A DNA stretch of 64,000 bases from Escherichia coli. GTDB lineage: Bacteria > Pseudomonadota > Gammaproteobacteria > Enterobacterales > Enterobacteriaceae. The DNA lies in the NCBI RefSeq assembly GCF_003334405.1, contig NZ_QOWM01000004.1; one strand, given 5' to 3'. The first letter of the stretch is position 1. Every line of letters begins with the position of its first letter. The notes beneath the pieces are model-generated. The model worked only from the letters and a program-made list of their open reading frames with translations. It did not search any database and had not been told where the DNA came from. Below, in pieces: positions 41,057-52,800 of the stretch. The position numbers were made by a program, and so were the translations under genes.

Positions 41057-41977
41057 TTAATTCAGACGAACCGGCATCCCGGAGCGGTTTTTAATCGCTT
41101 CATCAAGAACAACCTGGTCAACATCTGGCTGACCGGTCACTGTCTGCACGCTCTTCGTCAGGGTAATTGGCACAATTTCCTGACCTTCAAACTGGGCTTC
41201 GGTGGTAGACAGCGGGTTATGGACTTCAATATAACGGCTGCCGTCTGGCTCGGTGGTCGCTTTTACCGGCTCATCAATAAACTGTACGCGGGTACCGACC
41301 GGTACTTTCTCGAACAGGAATTTGATGTCTTCGTTACGCAGACGCACACAACCATGACTTACACGCAGGCCGATACCGAAGTTGGCGTTGGTGCCATGGA
41401 TAGCATACAGGCGACCGATATAGAGTGCATACAGCCCCATCGGGTTATCCGGACCTGCCGGAACGACAGCCGGAAGCGGTTCGCCCGCAGCGCGGTACTC
41501 TGCGTGCATTTTGGCGGTCGGCGTCCAGGTCGGGCCTGCTTTTTTACGCTCAACTTTGGTGGTCCAGTTGATAGGCGTATCTTTGCCTAACTGACCAATG
41601 CCGATCGGCAGCACGATAACGGTGTTGGTCCCTTTCGGATAGTAATAAAGACGCATCTCAGCACTGTTAATGACGATGCCTTCATGAACGGTATCCGGCA
41701 GGATCAGCTGCTGCGGAATGTTCAGTACAGTACCGCCTTTCGGCAGGAAGGTATCCACACCCGGGTTCGCTTCCATCATATTGGAAAGCCCCATCTGGTA
41801 CTCGGCGGCAAAATACTCCAGCGGCTGAGTGTTACCTTCAGGAATGGTGATCACCTGATTCTGACCAACCAGGCGACTCCCGTCGGTTGGCAGAGGATAA
41901 GTTACCGCAGAGGCGGTACTGCAAAAGCCGACAACAGCGAAGGCCGCTGCGAATAATGTTTTCAATTTCATATTCAT
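41057..41977 (-). CDS. ldtB: L,D-transpeptidase LdtB (YbiS), YkuD domain
   Basis: ORF 306 aa; catalytic SHGCVRL motif. Confidence 0.93.
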
Positions 41978-42195
41978 GTTAAGCGAGATTTTGTGCCTGG
42001 CAGGCCATTGGGTTGAGAATATTAGAGTATTGGAAGCGCATTATAAGTTCATTCCAGCTCACAGTGAAATCAGATGTGTACGAAATCACATTTTTTGCCT
42101 TTGGCTTGAGTGTAGACCTTAAGCGAGGAGCAGGATCTTCTTTCAGACTTATGGCATAATGCGCGGTTTGTCATATCTCTTTTCAGGATACGCCT

Positions 42196-43788
42196 GTGTT
42201 AGTTTCCAGTAACGTCACCATGCAGTTCGGCAGTAAGCCGTTGTTTGAAAACATTTCCGTCAAATTTGGCGGCGGCAACCGTTACGGCCTGATTGGCGCG
42301 AACGGTAGTGGTAAATCCACCTTTATGAAGATCCTCGGCGGCGACCTTGAGCCGACGCTGGGTAACGTTTCCCTCGATCCCAACGAGCGCATTGGTAAAC
42401 TGCGTCAGGATCAGTTTGCCTTTGAAGAGTTCACTGTGCTGGATACGGTGATCATGGGGCATAAAGAGTTGTGGGAAGTGAAGCAGGAGCGCGACCGCAT
42501 CTATGCTTTGCCGGAAATGAGTGAAGAAGACGGCTATAAAGTGGCCGATCTGGAAGTTAAATACGGCGAAATGGACGGTTACTCTGCGGAAGCTCGCGCC
42601 GGTGAACTGTTGCTTGGCGTGGGAATTCCAGTGGAACAGCACTACGGCCCGATGAGTGAAGTTGCTCCTGGCTGGAAGCTGCGTGTGCTTCTGGCGCAGG
42701 CGCTGTTTGCTGATCCGGATATTCTCCTGCTCGACGAACCGACCAACAACCTCGACATCGACACCATTCGCTGGCTGGAACAGGTGCTGAACGAGCGTGA
42801 CAGCACCATGATCATCATCTCGCACGACCGTCACTTCCTTAACATGGTCTGTACCCACATGGCGGATCTGGATTACGGCGAGCTGCGCGTTTATCCGGGT
42901 AACTACGATGAGTACATGACGGCGGCGACCCAGGCGCGTGAACGTCTGCTGGCCGATAACGCCAAGAAGAAAGCGCAGATTGCTGAGTTGCAATCTTTCG
43001 TTAGCCGCTTTAGCGCCAACGCCTCGAAATCTCGCCAGGCAACTTCGCGCGCGCGCCAGATTGATAAAATCAAACTGGAAGAGGTGAAAGCCTCCAGCCG
43101 TCAGAACCCGTTCATCCGTTTTGAACAGGATAAGAAACTGTTCCGTAACGCGCTGGAAGTGGAAGGTCTGACCAAAGGGTTTGATAACGGTCCGCTGTTT
43201 AAAAATCTCAACCTGCTGCTGGAAGTGGGTGAAAAACTGGCGGTACTGGGTACCAACGGCGTCGGTAAATCAACGCTGCTGAAAACGCTGGTGGGCGATC
43301 TGCAACCGGACAGCGGCACCGTAAAATGGTCTGAGAACGCGCGCATTGGTTACTATGCTCAGGACCACGAATATGAGTTTGAAAATGATCTGACCGTGTT
43401 CGAATGGATGAGCCAGTGGAAGCAGGAAGGCGATGACGAGCAGGCGGTACGCAGTATTCTCGGTCGTTTGCTGTTCAGCCAGGACGACATCAAAAAGCCA
43501 GCTAAAGTGCTTTCCGGTGGGGAAAAAGGGCGGATGCTGTTTGGTAAGTTAATGATGCAGAAGCCGAACATTCTGATCATGGACGAACCGACCAACCACC
43601 TGGATATGGAATCCATTGAGTCGCTGAACATGGCACTGGAACTGTATCAGGGCACGCTGATCTTTGTTTCACACGACCGTGAGTTCGTAAGCTCCCTGGC
43701 GACCCGCATTCTGGAAATCACCCCGGAACGCGTGATCGACTTTAGCGGTAATTACGAAGATTACCTGCGTAGTAAAGGGATCGAGTAA
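42196..43788 (+). CDS. ybiT: ABC-F family ATPase YbiT (two NBDs, no membrane domain); GTG start
   Basis: ORF 530 aa; Walker [10 protein letters not shown] and GTNGVGKST. Confidence 0.92.
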
Positions 43789-43849
43789 GTGATTATCCGT
43801 CACCCCGATACTGTCGGGGTGACGGCGGCTGATGACAAATGCAAAATAG

Positions 43850-43948
43850 CCTGATGCGCTACGCTTATCAGGCCTACGCAGTACCTGCAATATATTGAAT
43901 CTGCAGGACTTTGTAGGCCGGATAAGGCGTTAACGCCGCATCAGGCAT
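43850..43948. repeat. REP/BIME unit, third copy
   Basis: Near-identical to 1819..1916 and 18523..18621. Confidence 0.8.
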
Positions 43949-44028
43949 TAACAAAGCGCATTTGTCAGCAATCTGAGTAACGTCGAATCGATTTTCTTAA
44001 TCCCACATCAATTCACTTCCATTAATTC

Positions 44029-45294
44029 TCAAACATCCATGCCCAACGCTCGCTTACCGTGAATGTTGAGGTCGGCAAGCGTAAAGCGTCCTTCCCAGTT
44101 TGTTTCATAGTCCTCGCGCGGGAAGTCGCCCGGCGATGCGCCTTTTTCCAGTGCGGCCTTCACCTTGTGCGCGTAGGCAAGATTTTTCTCGCACATCGGT
44201 GCCGCAGGAATGTACATCACGTTGCCCCAACCTTGTTGATTTTCAACGGGGGCAACGGAATGGATGACGTCGCAGTGCCACCAGACGGAGTCTCCGGCTT
44301 CGAGTTTTGGAATGCTGGTTAACGCCTCAATCAACAGTGGATGCCATTGCTCTGATACCGGCAATACTCTTCCGGGCGCTACGCCGCACAGTTCATCCTC
44401 CGGCACATCATCAAGCAGCGGACGTAACAGTACGTACGCCATAGCTTCAGGAATGGGCACGACGTGCAGCAGCCCCTGACCAGGCAGCATATCAGAGAGC
44501 GCTGTCCAGCCCTGGAATGTCCGAAACACGGAACATTTGGTGGTGTTGTCCACCGTGTACTCTTCAACTTCCGTACGATGTGCCGCATGCCAGGGATCAT
44601 ATTGCGCCAGATTGCCATTAAAGACGTTGGCGAAAACGCGCTGATACGCTGGAAGCAGCCAGCGTTCCAGTGCCCCGGAGTCGGTATGCGCTCCAAGACC
44701 TTTGGAGGTCGTTCCGGGCGGACGGCGGCGGATACGGTCAGGGTAGATGACGCTCACATCCGGGTTAAACCATTGCTTTCCATCACTTTCAAATGTCCAC
44801 AGACGATTGAGAAACGACTGCGCATTCGCCATTTCTTCACTCTGGCGGGCCTGCATTTGCGCCTGCGACCAGTAGATGGGGTAAATCTCGGGACGTGAAG
44901 CGCTGAGCGTCCCGAAGAAATTATCGCCGGGGCCTTTGTAGACCTCGTCAAAGCGGTTGCGGTCCAGATAGTCCAGCATCGACTGATCCCAGCCTAGCGC
45001 TTGTTCGCGGGGGAAATGGCCTTTTATCACCGCACAACCGCGACGTTTAATCTGTTCGCGCTGCTCTGCAGTAACATGACCTGCTTTGATATCGGCATAA
45101 GACAGCACCGGCCAGACGGCATCGCCCTGTGCTTTGAGTGCGTTGATTTCAGCCACTCGCGTGGCAATGTCATCGCTTAGCTGATTAAAGATCTGCTGGA
45201 CGTCGCCAAGCTGCGCCCGCAGCGCGTGCTTCATCTGACGGATAGCTGCTTTGTGATCGGCAGGCAATGTGTCGCTGGTAAAAGTAGAAGCCAT
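44029..45294 (-). CDS. ybiU: DUF1479 protein YbiU, putative non-heme Fe(II) oxygenase-like
   Basis: ORF 423 aa (start MASTF after GAGGTGG RBS); AHTDSG and HCDVIH motifs. Confidence 0.88.
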   Translation of the reverse strand: MASTFTSDTLPADHKAAIRQMKHALRAQLGDVQQIFNQLSDDIATRVAEINALKAQGDAVWPVLSYADIKAGHVTAEQREQIKRRGCAVIKGHFPREQALGWDQSMLDYLDRNRFDEVYKGPGDNFFGTLSASRPEIYPIYWSQAQMQARQSEEMANAQSFLNRLWTFESDGKQWFNPDVSVIYPDRIRRRPPGTTSKGLGAHTDSGALERWLLPAYQRVFANVFNGNLAQYDPWHAAHRTEVEEYTVDNTTKCSVFRTFQGWTALSDMLPGQGLLHVVPIPEAMAYVLLRPLLDDVPEDELCGVAPGRVLPVSEQWHPLLIEALTSIPKLEAGDSVWWHCDVIHSVAPVENQQGWGNVMYIPAAPMCEKNLAYAHKVKAALEKGASPGDFPREDYETNWEGRFTLADLNIHGKRALGMDV

Positions 45295-45445
45295 AACCAC
45301 CTCTCATTAACTTTCATTCGAAACCATTCTGATTTGCATGTGACAATATAAGTTATAAATAAGTTAATGCAAGTTTAATGATTTGATGTGATGTACAGGA
45401 TGTAAAAAGAAGGGAAAACCGGAGCGCACGGCTCCGGTAGAGAGG

Positions 45446-46261
45446 TCAGCTGTTAAAAGGGGATGTGTTATCCAGCACCGCCTGAATCACATTCAGCGCG
45501 CCTTCATGATTATTATCATCGGTAGCGTAACGGGCGATTTGTTTAATGTTTTCCGCAGCATTGCCCATCGCAAAGGAATAACGCGCCATTTTCAGCATCT
45601 CCGCATCGTTACCGCTGTCGCCAATCGCTACCACATTTTGCGGTGACAGATCCCAGCGTTTCAGTAACCGCGAAATACCGTTTGCTTTATGTAGACCGGG
45701 AATAATCAGGTCGATAAAGCCAAAACCACTGGTAACGGGTTTCATAATGCCATCGAGCGCTACGTGCAGTTTGTCGATCACTAACGGGATTTGTTCATCC
45801 GGCAGGTTGAGCGAAAACTTGAACAGTACGTCGTCAATCTCCTGATAATCTTTTACAGGTTTCAGGCGATGGTAGTGTTTTGCCATCAGTGCGACAAATG
45901 CTTCGGGGGCATTTTCGCTGACATATGCACTTTGCAGACCGCAGGCGACAAAATTGAGTTGCTTGTCTTTTAGCAACTCGCCAATAACAATCCGCGATTC
46001 ATGTCGGGTCAGTTCGCCGTGGAACAACTGCTTGCCATGTTCGTAAACCAGTGCGCCGTTTTCCGCGACAAAAGAGATCTCATCCTTTAGCTCAGGAAAG
46101 AATGAAATAAGCTGGTAATACTGATTACCGCTGGCAACAACGAACTTAATGCCGCGCTTTTTCAGTTCCTGATATTGCGCCATAAAACGTGGTTGGTTGT
46201 ACGTTTTGGCGTCGTTAAGAAAAGTACCGTCCATGTCTGTGACGATAACTTTTACGCTCAT
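45446..46261 (-). CDS. ybiV: HAD-superfamily (Cof-type) sugar phosphatase YbiV
   Basis: ORF 271 aa; N-terminal DMDGT motif. Confidence 0.92.
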
Positions 46262-46406
46262 AGGTGTGCTCCTGGCTCGAAAATGAAACCGTAACAGTGT
46301 AATAACAATGTGACGCAGAGCACAAATTATATTTCGAATGAAAGTAAGGATGAAATTGATGATGTGAATGATTTAGCCCGGCGACGACGCCGCCGGGCCG
46401 AGGAGA

Positions 46407-48839
46407 TTACAGCATATGTTCAGTACGGGCGATGATATCGTCCTGAGCGTCTGGAGAGAGCGCGGTGAAGAACGCGGAATAGCCCGCGACACGCACTACC
46501 AGATCGCGATACTGATCGGGATGTTTTTTCGCATCCAGCAGCGTTTCGCGGGAAACGATGTTGTACTGAATATGCCAGCCTTTATGCACTTCAAAGAAGG
46601 TACGCAGCAGGATCATCAGTTTCTGCTTGTCAGATTCGTTCTCCAGCGTTGCCGGATTCAGTTTCTGGTTGAGCAACACGCCGCCGAGAATCGCTGCCGT
46701 AGGCAGTTTACCCACTGAGCCAATGACCGCAGTAGGGCCAAGATGGTCAGTACCGGAGGCCGGGCTTGCGCCTTCTGCCAGCGGGGTGTGGGCTTTACGC
46801 CCGTCCGGTGTTGCCATAGTCTGCGCGCCAAACGGTACGTTAGCGGAGATTGATGACGTACCCGCGTAATAGTTGCCGCCAACCGGACCACGACCGTAGC
46901 GCGGATTATGGTACTGTTTCAGTTCGTCGATATAGGTCTGATAAGCGCGAGCCAGCAGCGTATCGACAGTATCATCGTCGTTGCCGTACTTCGGCGCACC
47001 GTTAATCAGCCGCTGACGCAGCTGCTCGTGAGTCAGGCCGTCGAAGTCATCTGCCAGTGCGGCAGCAAGCTGTTGCTGACCAATCGCACCTTGTTCAAAC
47101 ACCAGTTTCTTCACTGCCGCCAGGCTGTTGCCGAGGTTGGCAATGCCGACCTGCAGGCCAGAAACCCAGTCATATTTCGCGCCGCCTTGCTTGATACTTT
47201 TCGCTCGCTCAATACAGTCATCCACCAGCGCCGAGCAGAGAATATCGTGCACGTTCTCTTCCAGCATGGTGTCGACGACATATTCGATTTCGATTGATTT
47301 GCGGGTGTAGTAACGGATTTGCGTATCCCACGCGTCCATCACTTCATCGAAGTTGTTGAAGTTACCTGCCGACAACGCTTTTTCTTGTGGCAGGAACACT
47401 TTGCCGCTGGTGGCATCATGCCCGCCTTCCAGCGCCGCCAGCATCACGCGGGCGAAGTTGATAAAGCTCATGCCGGTACAGCGATAGCCCCATTTGCCAC
47501 CGACGGCGGTTTCTATACAACCAATCGCTGCGTAGTCATAAGCGTCCTGCGGTTCAATACCGAGTTTAATAAATTCCGGGATCACGATTTCGTCGTTGTT
47601 GAACGCCGGCATCCCGAAGCCGCAACGGATCACCTGTACGCAGGCGTCGAGGAAATCGTTGCTCATTCCTGCATGGTAACGCACGCTGAGGTTAGGCTGA
47701 GTGGAACGCAGGCGACCGCAGGATTCGAGGATCGCGTAAGAGAGTGGATTCACCGCGTCCATTGGTTGACCATCAACCAGATTTTGCCCGCCAATAGTGA
47801 CGTTCTGATACAGCGGACTTCCCGCAGAGGCTTTTGAGTGTGAGCCGGAGCGGATCTTGTTCACTTCCAGCAGTTTCAGCCAGCAGCTATGCAGCATCTC
47901 GATGGCGTGTTCGCGATCCAGCGTCTGGTTGAGTTCAACGTCGCGGCGATAGTACGGGTAGAGATACTGGTCCATACGACCAAACGATACTGAGTGACCG
48001 TTAGATTCGATCTGCAAAATCAACTGGATGAAGTAACACAGTTGCAGCGCCTGCCAGAAAGTCTGCGGCGGCTGGTGGGCGATAAGATCGCAGTTTTCTG
48101 CCATCGCCAGCAGTTCATCGCGACGGCTTTCGCGGGTTTCGGTCGCGGCCATTTCACGCGCCAGGGCAGCGAAACGTTCAATGTGTTCACTGACTGCCAC
48201 CAGCACGATATCAATCGCTTTCAGGAATTGCTCACCGTGTAAATCTTCCAGCACCGTCAGGTTGATGCGCGAGCGACGTTCCGCTACTTTCTCGCGCAGA
48301 CCATCAAGCCCTTTTTCCAGCAGCAGCGGGAAATTCACCGCCAGGTGCGCATCGCCGGAGGTCATATTGCCTTCCGCTTTAATGATTCCGGTCGCCAGCA
48401 GACCTTTTTGCTCATCGGTAAACATGCCGTAGCAGCGATCCTGTACGGTCTGACCGCGCCACCACGGGCACACTTCATGCAGAACGCGTTTGTTCTCTTC
48501 GCTCACCGCAAAGCCAGCACCGGGACGATCTGCCAGATCATCAATCTCTTTTTCGATCCACGAGACAGTATATTCCGGGAAGATCGGCGCGGCGCGAACT
48601 TCGCTTGCCTGGTTGCCAATGATCAACTCATCGTGTTTGATCCAGATGGTGCGATTCGCCAGGTGATGCGCCAGTGCCAGCGCGCGACGTACCGGGATCG
48701 GCTTATCGAGATGTTGTTGATACATCTCGGTATAGTGCTGCGCGCGCTCGGTACAGACTGGCGGTTTCACAATATGCACCAGCGCATTTTTGTGCGCTTT
48801 AATGCGGTCGCTGAGCGTGTCCAGTTTCAGTGTGGTCAT
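46407..48839 (-). CDS. ybiW: Glycyl radical enzyme YbiW (pyruvate formate-lyase-like)
   Basis: ORF 810 aa; C-terminal glycyl radical motif RVAGYSA; active-site region GCIE. Confidence 0.92.
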   Translation of the reverse strand: MTTLKLDTLSDRIKAHKNALVHIVKPPVCTERAQHYTEMYQQHLDKPIPVRRALALAHHLANRTIWIKHDELIIGNQASEVRAAPIFPEYTVSWIEKEIDDLADRPGAGFAVSEENKRVLHEVCPWWRGQTVQDRCYGMFTDEQKGLLATGIIKAEGNMTSGDAHLAVNFPLLLEKGLDGLREKVAERRSRINLTVLEDLHGEQFLKAIDIVLVAVSEHIERFAALAREMAATETRESRRDELLAMAENCDLIAHQPPQTFWQALQLCYFIQLILQIESNGHSVSFGRMDQYLYPYYRRDVELNQTLDREHAIEMLHSCWLKLLEVNKIRSGSHSKASAGSPLYQNVTIGGQNLVDGQPMDAVNPLSYAILESCGRLRSTQPNLSVRYHAGMSNDFLDACVQVIRCGFGMPAFNNDEIVIPEFIKLGIEPQDAYDYAAIGCIETAVGGKWGYRCTGMSFINFARVMLAALEGGHDATSGKVFLPQEKALSAGNFNNFDEVMDAWDTQIRYYTRKSIEIEYVVDTMLEENVHDILCSALVDDCIERAKSIKQGGAKYDWVSGLQVGIANLGNSLAAVKKLVFEQGAIGQQQLAAALADDFDGLTHEQLRQRLINGAPKYGNDDDTVDTLLARAYQTYIDELKQYHNPRYGRGPVGGNYYAGTSSISANVPFGAQTMATPDGRKAHTPLAEGASPASGTDHLGPTAVIGSVGKLPTAAILGGVLLNQKLNPATLENESDKQKLMILLRTFFEVHKGWHIQYNIVSRETLLDAKKHPDQYRDLVVRVAGYSAFFTALSPDAQDDIIARTEHML

Positions 48840-48844
48840 GGTTG

Positions 48845-49744
48845 TTATCCTCGTAAGGTCGCGGTTAACCCTTTCTGGCAGGCATACTGCTGGGCAAAGT
48901 CGAGCAGTTCTGGCGCATCAAGCGGTTTTTCCGGGGCGTCATAGGGCAGATTAAGTAAGTGATATTTGTTGATGCCCAGCGTGTGGTAGGGCAGAAAATG
49001 AATTTCGCCAACGTGCAGCTCGTCGGCGGCAAAATCGGTAATGGCTTTTACAGAGGTTTCGTCGGCATTAAAGCCCTGAATCAGCGGCACGCGGATAATG
49101 ATTTTTTTGCCCGCTGCGGCGAGTTTTTTCAGGTTATCCAGCACTCTGGCGGCGTTACCGTCGGTCCACTGTTTAAACGGCGCGTCGGCAACGTGTTTTA
49201 AATCGGCAAGAAACAGATCGATATAGGGCAGAGAAGGGGCGATATATTTCCACGGCACATGCAGACAGGTTTCTACCGCAGTATGAATGCCTGCCTCGTG
49301 GCTGGCTTGCAGTAGCGCCATCGCCATTTCCGGCTGCATAAAGGGCTCACCACCCGAAAGCGTTAAACCGCCGCCGCTGCGATCGTAAAACGGTTTATCG
49401 CGCAGAACGGTCGTCATGATCTCCTCAACGCTTTTCACTTCACCACACACGGTTAATGCCTGTGTCGGACAGCAGTCGGTTAACGCCGTCAGATGCTCCG
49501 GGGTTAACTTTTCCCGATGAATAAGCAAACCATTCAGCGCGCGCTCAATCACTTCCGGCGCGGCCTTAGCGCACAGCTCGCAGCCTTCCAGACACAGTCG
49601 TGCGTCATACAGCAGATCCTGCGTGCGGGCGCGGCTTTCCGGGTTCTGACACCAGCGGCAGCCCAGCGAACAGCCTTTAAGAAATACGACCGTGCGGATA
49701 CCGGGGCCATCATGGGTCGAGTAGCGCTGAATATTGAAAATCAT
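48845..49744 (-). CDS. ybiY: Glycyl-radical-enzyme activating enzyme YbiY (radical SAM)
   Basis: Start [15 protein letters not shown]…; CSLGCRWC motif plus extra Cys-rich ferredoxin-like insert; ORF track extends to 49771. Confidence 0.9.
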
Positions 49745-49874
49745 AGTTGCCTCTCTATTTCGTTCAAGCATTAAAATACTTTCGAATGAAAGTTAGATTG
49801 ATGTGCGTCAACTGTTCAGAGAGTTTTCCCGTGATAGTCTACATTCAGACAAAAAGTACATTTTGAGGATGGTT

Positions 49875-50537
49875 ATGGAACTGTATCTGGATACTTCAGA
49901 CGTTGTTGCGGTGAAGGCGCTGTCACGTATTTTTCCGCTGGCGGGTGTGACCACTAACCCAAGCATTATCGCCGCGGGTAAAAAACCGCTGGATGTTGTG
50001 CTTCCGCAACTTCATGAAGCGATGGGCGGTCAGGGGCGTCTGTTTGCCCAGGTAATGGCTACCACTGCCGAAGGGATGGTTAATGACGCGCTTAAGCTGC
50101 GTTCTATTATTGCGGATATCGTGGTGAAAGTTCCGGTGACCGCCGAGGGGCTGGCAGCTATTAAGATGTTAAAAGCGGAAGGGATTCCGACGCTGGGAAC
50201 CGCGGTATATGGCGCAGCACAAGGGCTGCTGTCGGCGCTGGCAGGTGCGGAATATGTTGCGCCTTACGTTAATCGTATTGATGCTCAGGGCGGTAGCGGC
50301 ATTCAGACTGTGACCGACTTACACCAGTTATTGAAAATGCATGCGCCGCAGGCGAAAGTGCTGGCAGCGAGTTTCAAAACCCCGCGTCAGGCGCTGGACT
50401 GCTTACTGGCAGGATGTGAATCAATTACTCTGCCACTGGATGTGGCACAACAGATGATTAGCTATCCGGCGGTTGATGCCGCTGTGGCGAAGTTTGAGCA
50501 GGACTGGCAGGGAGCGTTTGGCAGAACGTCGATTTAA
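49875..50537 (+). CDS. fsaA: Fructose-6-phosphate aldolase 1
   Basis: Start [17 protein letters not shown]…; ORF track extends from 49803. Confidence 0.92.
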   Translation: MELYLDTSDVVAVKALSRIFPLAGVTTNPSIIAAGKKPLDVVLPQLHEAMGGQGRLFAQVMATTAEGMVNDALKLRSIIADIVVKVPVTAEGLAAIKMLKAEGIPTLGTAVYGAAQGLLSALAGAEYVAPYVNRIDAQGGSGIQTVTDLHQLLKMHAPQAKVLAASFKTPRQALDCLLAGCESITLPLDVAQQMISYPAVDAAVAKFEQDWQGAFGRTSI

Positions 50538-50612
50538 CCGGACGTTCTGCATCCTCATAAATTGCTGATGACGTGGCGGAGTGCCGCGTCTTATCAGGCC
50601 TGGAGGTGGCAA

Positions 50613-51362
50613 TTACTGCCCACATACCTCACACCCCGGATTACGCATCAGTTTCATTTCGCGAAACTGACAGGTCATCGCATCGTACATGACGATTTTC
50701 CCGCTGGCCGGTTTGCCATAACCTGCCAGCATTTTGATCGCTTCCATTGCCTGCAACGAACCAATTACGCCGATCAACGGTGCCATTACGCCTGCTTCCA
50801 CGCAGGTTAATGCATTTTCACCAAACAAACGGCTAAGGCAGCGATAGCACGGTTCACCGTCCTGATAAGTAAAGACGGTGATTTGACCTTCCATACGAAT
50901 TGCCGCGCCGGAAACCAGCGGTACCTTCGCGGCAAAACAGCCTGCGTTCAGTTGATTACGTACCGCAACGTTATCCGTACAGTCGAGCACCAGATCGTGT
51001 TCAGCAATCAATGCTGCAAGTTCTGCGTCATCCAGCAGTGCATTGACTGGCGTAATCGCGATATGTGGGTTGATCCGCGTCAGGGCGTCACGGGCGGATT
51101 CCACCTTCGGTTGCCCGACCGTGGCATCACTGTGCAGTGTCTGGCGTTGCAGATTCGAGAGCGAAACCGTGTCGAAGTCGAGCAGCGTCAGGTTACCGAC
51201 ACCGGCGCTTGCCAGATACTGCGAGGCTGCACAGCCGAGGCCGCCCAGGCCCACTATCAGCACGCGAGAATCTTTCAGCGCCTCCTGGCCGTCAAAATCA
51301 AAGCCGCGCAGAATGATTTGCCGGTTGTAGCGCAGCATCTCCTGATCGCTGAGTTCCGCCAT
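50613..51362 (-). CDS. moeB: Molybdopterin-synthase adenylyltransferase MoeB (E1/ThiF-like)
   Basis: ORF 249 aa; GLGGLG nucleotide motif and C-terminal CxxC. Confidence 0.95.
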   Translation of the reverse strand: MAELSDQEMLRYNRQIILRGFDFDGQEALKDSRVLIVGLGGLGCAASQYLASAGVGNLTLLDFDTVSLSNLQRQTLHSDATVGQPKVESARDALTRINPHIAITPVNALLDDAELAALIAEHDLVLDCTDNVAVRNQLNAGCFAAKVPLVSGAAIRMEGQITVFTYQDGEPCYRCLSRLFGENALTCVEAGVMAPLIGVIGSLQAMEAIKMLAGYGKPASGKIVMYDAMTCQFREMKLMRNPGCEVCGQ

Positions 51363-52597
51363 TACAGGCCTCCGAACAACGCGTTAAACGGTTCTACTTC
51401 CACCCATTCGCCCACTTCCACATTGCCGCGATCGCGTTCCAGCACGATAAAGCAGTTGCCGAGGCTAAAGGAGCTAAATATATGTGAACCCTGATGTCCG
51501 GTGGTCGTCACTTCCAGTTCGCCATCGGCGTTGCGTTGCAGCACGCCGCGCTGGAAATCAAGACGTCCTGGCGTTTTTTTCAGGCGGGACGCTGTGCGTA
51601 CGCGCTGGCGCGCGGGCAGGCCGCTGGCGGTGTTACCGCTTAGTTTTGCCAGCAAAGGCTGTACCAGTTGATAGAAGGTCAGCGTCGCTGAAACCGGGTT
51701 GCCCGGCAGGCCGCAGAACCAGCTATTGCTGAGTTTACCGAACGCGAACGGTTTACCTGGTTTAATCGCCAGCTTCCAGAAGGCGATCTCCCCCAGCTCT
51801 TCAAGAATCGTTTTGGTGTAATCCGCCTCACCCACTGAAACACCGCCGGAACTGATCACCACATCCGCCTGGCTGTCGGCTTCAATAAATGCGGCGCGCA
51901 GGGCATGGGGATCGTCGCGGATAATCCCTAAGTTAATTACCTCGCATCCCAACTGTTCTAACATCAGGTGTACGGCGAGACGGTTGGTATCGTAGATTTG
52001 GCCGTCGCCCAGCGGCTGACCGGGCAACTGGAGTTCATCACCGGTAGAAAAAAGCGCTACACGCACTTTACGAATCACCGGAACTTCGGCAATCCCCAGT
52101 GAAGCAATTACTGGCAGCTCTGCGGTAGTCAGGCGAGTTCCCGCCGGGAAAACAACCGCACCTGCAGAGATATCTTCACCGCGACGGCGAATATTTTGCC
52201 CGCTACGCACTTCAGCAGTAAAACGCACGCCATTGTCCATTTGTTCAGTCTGCTCCTGCATCACCACCGCTTCGCAGCCTTCCGGCACCGGCGCACCGGT
52301 CATAATACGAATGCAGGTACCCGCAGGCCATTCACCATGGTATGGCTGACCGGCAAAGGATTTACCGGCAACGGGCAGCGGTTGCCCGGAGGCAATATCG
52401 GCTAAACGCACCGCGTAGCCGTCCATTGCGGAGTTATCAAACCCCGGAACATCAAGCGGCGAAACGACATCGCTCGCCAGAATACGACCAAAACACTGTA
52501 CCAGTGGCAGCGTTTCCTGGGCGGTCAGTGGGGTGACGCGAGAAAGCATCTCATTAAGCGCGGTGTCGAGCGACATCAATCCGGTGGTAAATTCCAT
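51362..52597 (-). CDS. moeA: Molybdopterin molybdenumtransferase MoeA
   Basis: ORF 411 aa; 1-nt overlap with moeB. Confidence 0.95.
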   Translation of the reverse strand: MEFTTGLMSLDTALNEMLSRVTPLTAQETLPLVQCFGRILASDVVSPLDVPGFDNSAMDGYAVRLADIASGQPLPVAGKSFAGQPYHGEWPAGTCIRIMTGAPVPEGCEAVVMQEQTEQMDNGVRFTAEVRSGQNIRRRGEDISAGAVVFPAGTRLTTAELPVIASLGIAEVPVIRKVRVALFSTGDELQLPGQPLGDGQIYDTNRLAVHLMLEQLGCEVINLGIIRDDPHALRAAFIEADSQADVVISSGGVSVGEADYTKTILEELGEIAFWKLAIKPGKPFAFGKLSNSWFCGLPGNPVSATLTFYQLVQPLLAKLSGNTASGLPARQRVRTASRLKKTPGRLDFQRGVLQRNADGELEVTTTGHQGSHIFSSFSLGNCFIVLERDRGNVEVGEWVEVEPFNALFGGL

Positions 52598-52800
52598 GAA
52601 AACACTCCTGCGGAGGCAAAATCGAATTTGCCTATTATGTCAGAAAAACGCCACAGACTGTATGCCACCTCGGGCGTAGCGCTGGGTCCTGCCTTTACAT
52701 GCCATATCCATCTTTCTATATTCAAAAATTGAATGAGTAATTCATAAAAATTCTGATATTTATAGCAAAAGTGGCGAACCACCCTTAATGGACGAATACT

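Noticed and set aside
42199-43631. 264-aa and shorter minus-strand ORFs inside ybiT
   Set aside because: Antisense to the ABC-F ATPase gene.
43801-43821. Hairpin CACCCCGA-TACTG-TCGGGGTG just after ybiT stop as a terminator
   Set aside because: No following T-run; the adjacent REP/BIME unit more likely provides 3'-end stabilisation.
46416-48944. Multiple plus-strand ORFs (up to 199 aa) inside ybiW/ybiY
   Set aside because: Antisense to the glycyl radical enzyme and activase frames, which carry diagnostic motifs.
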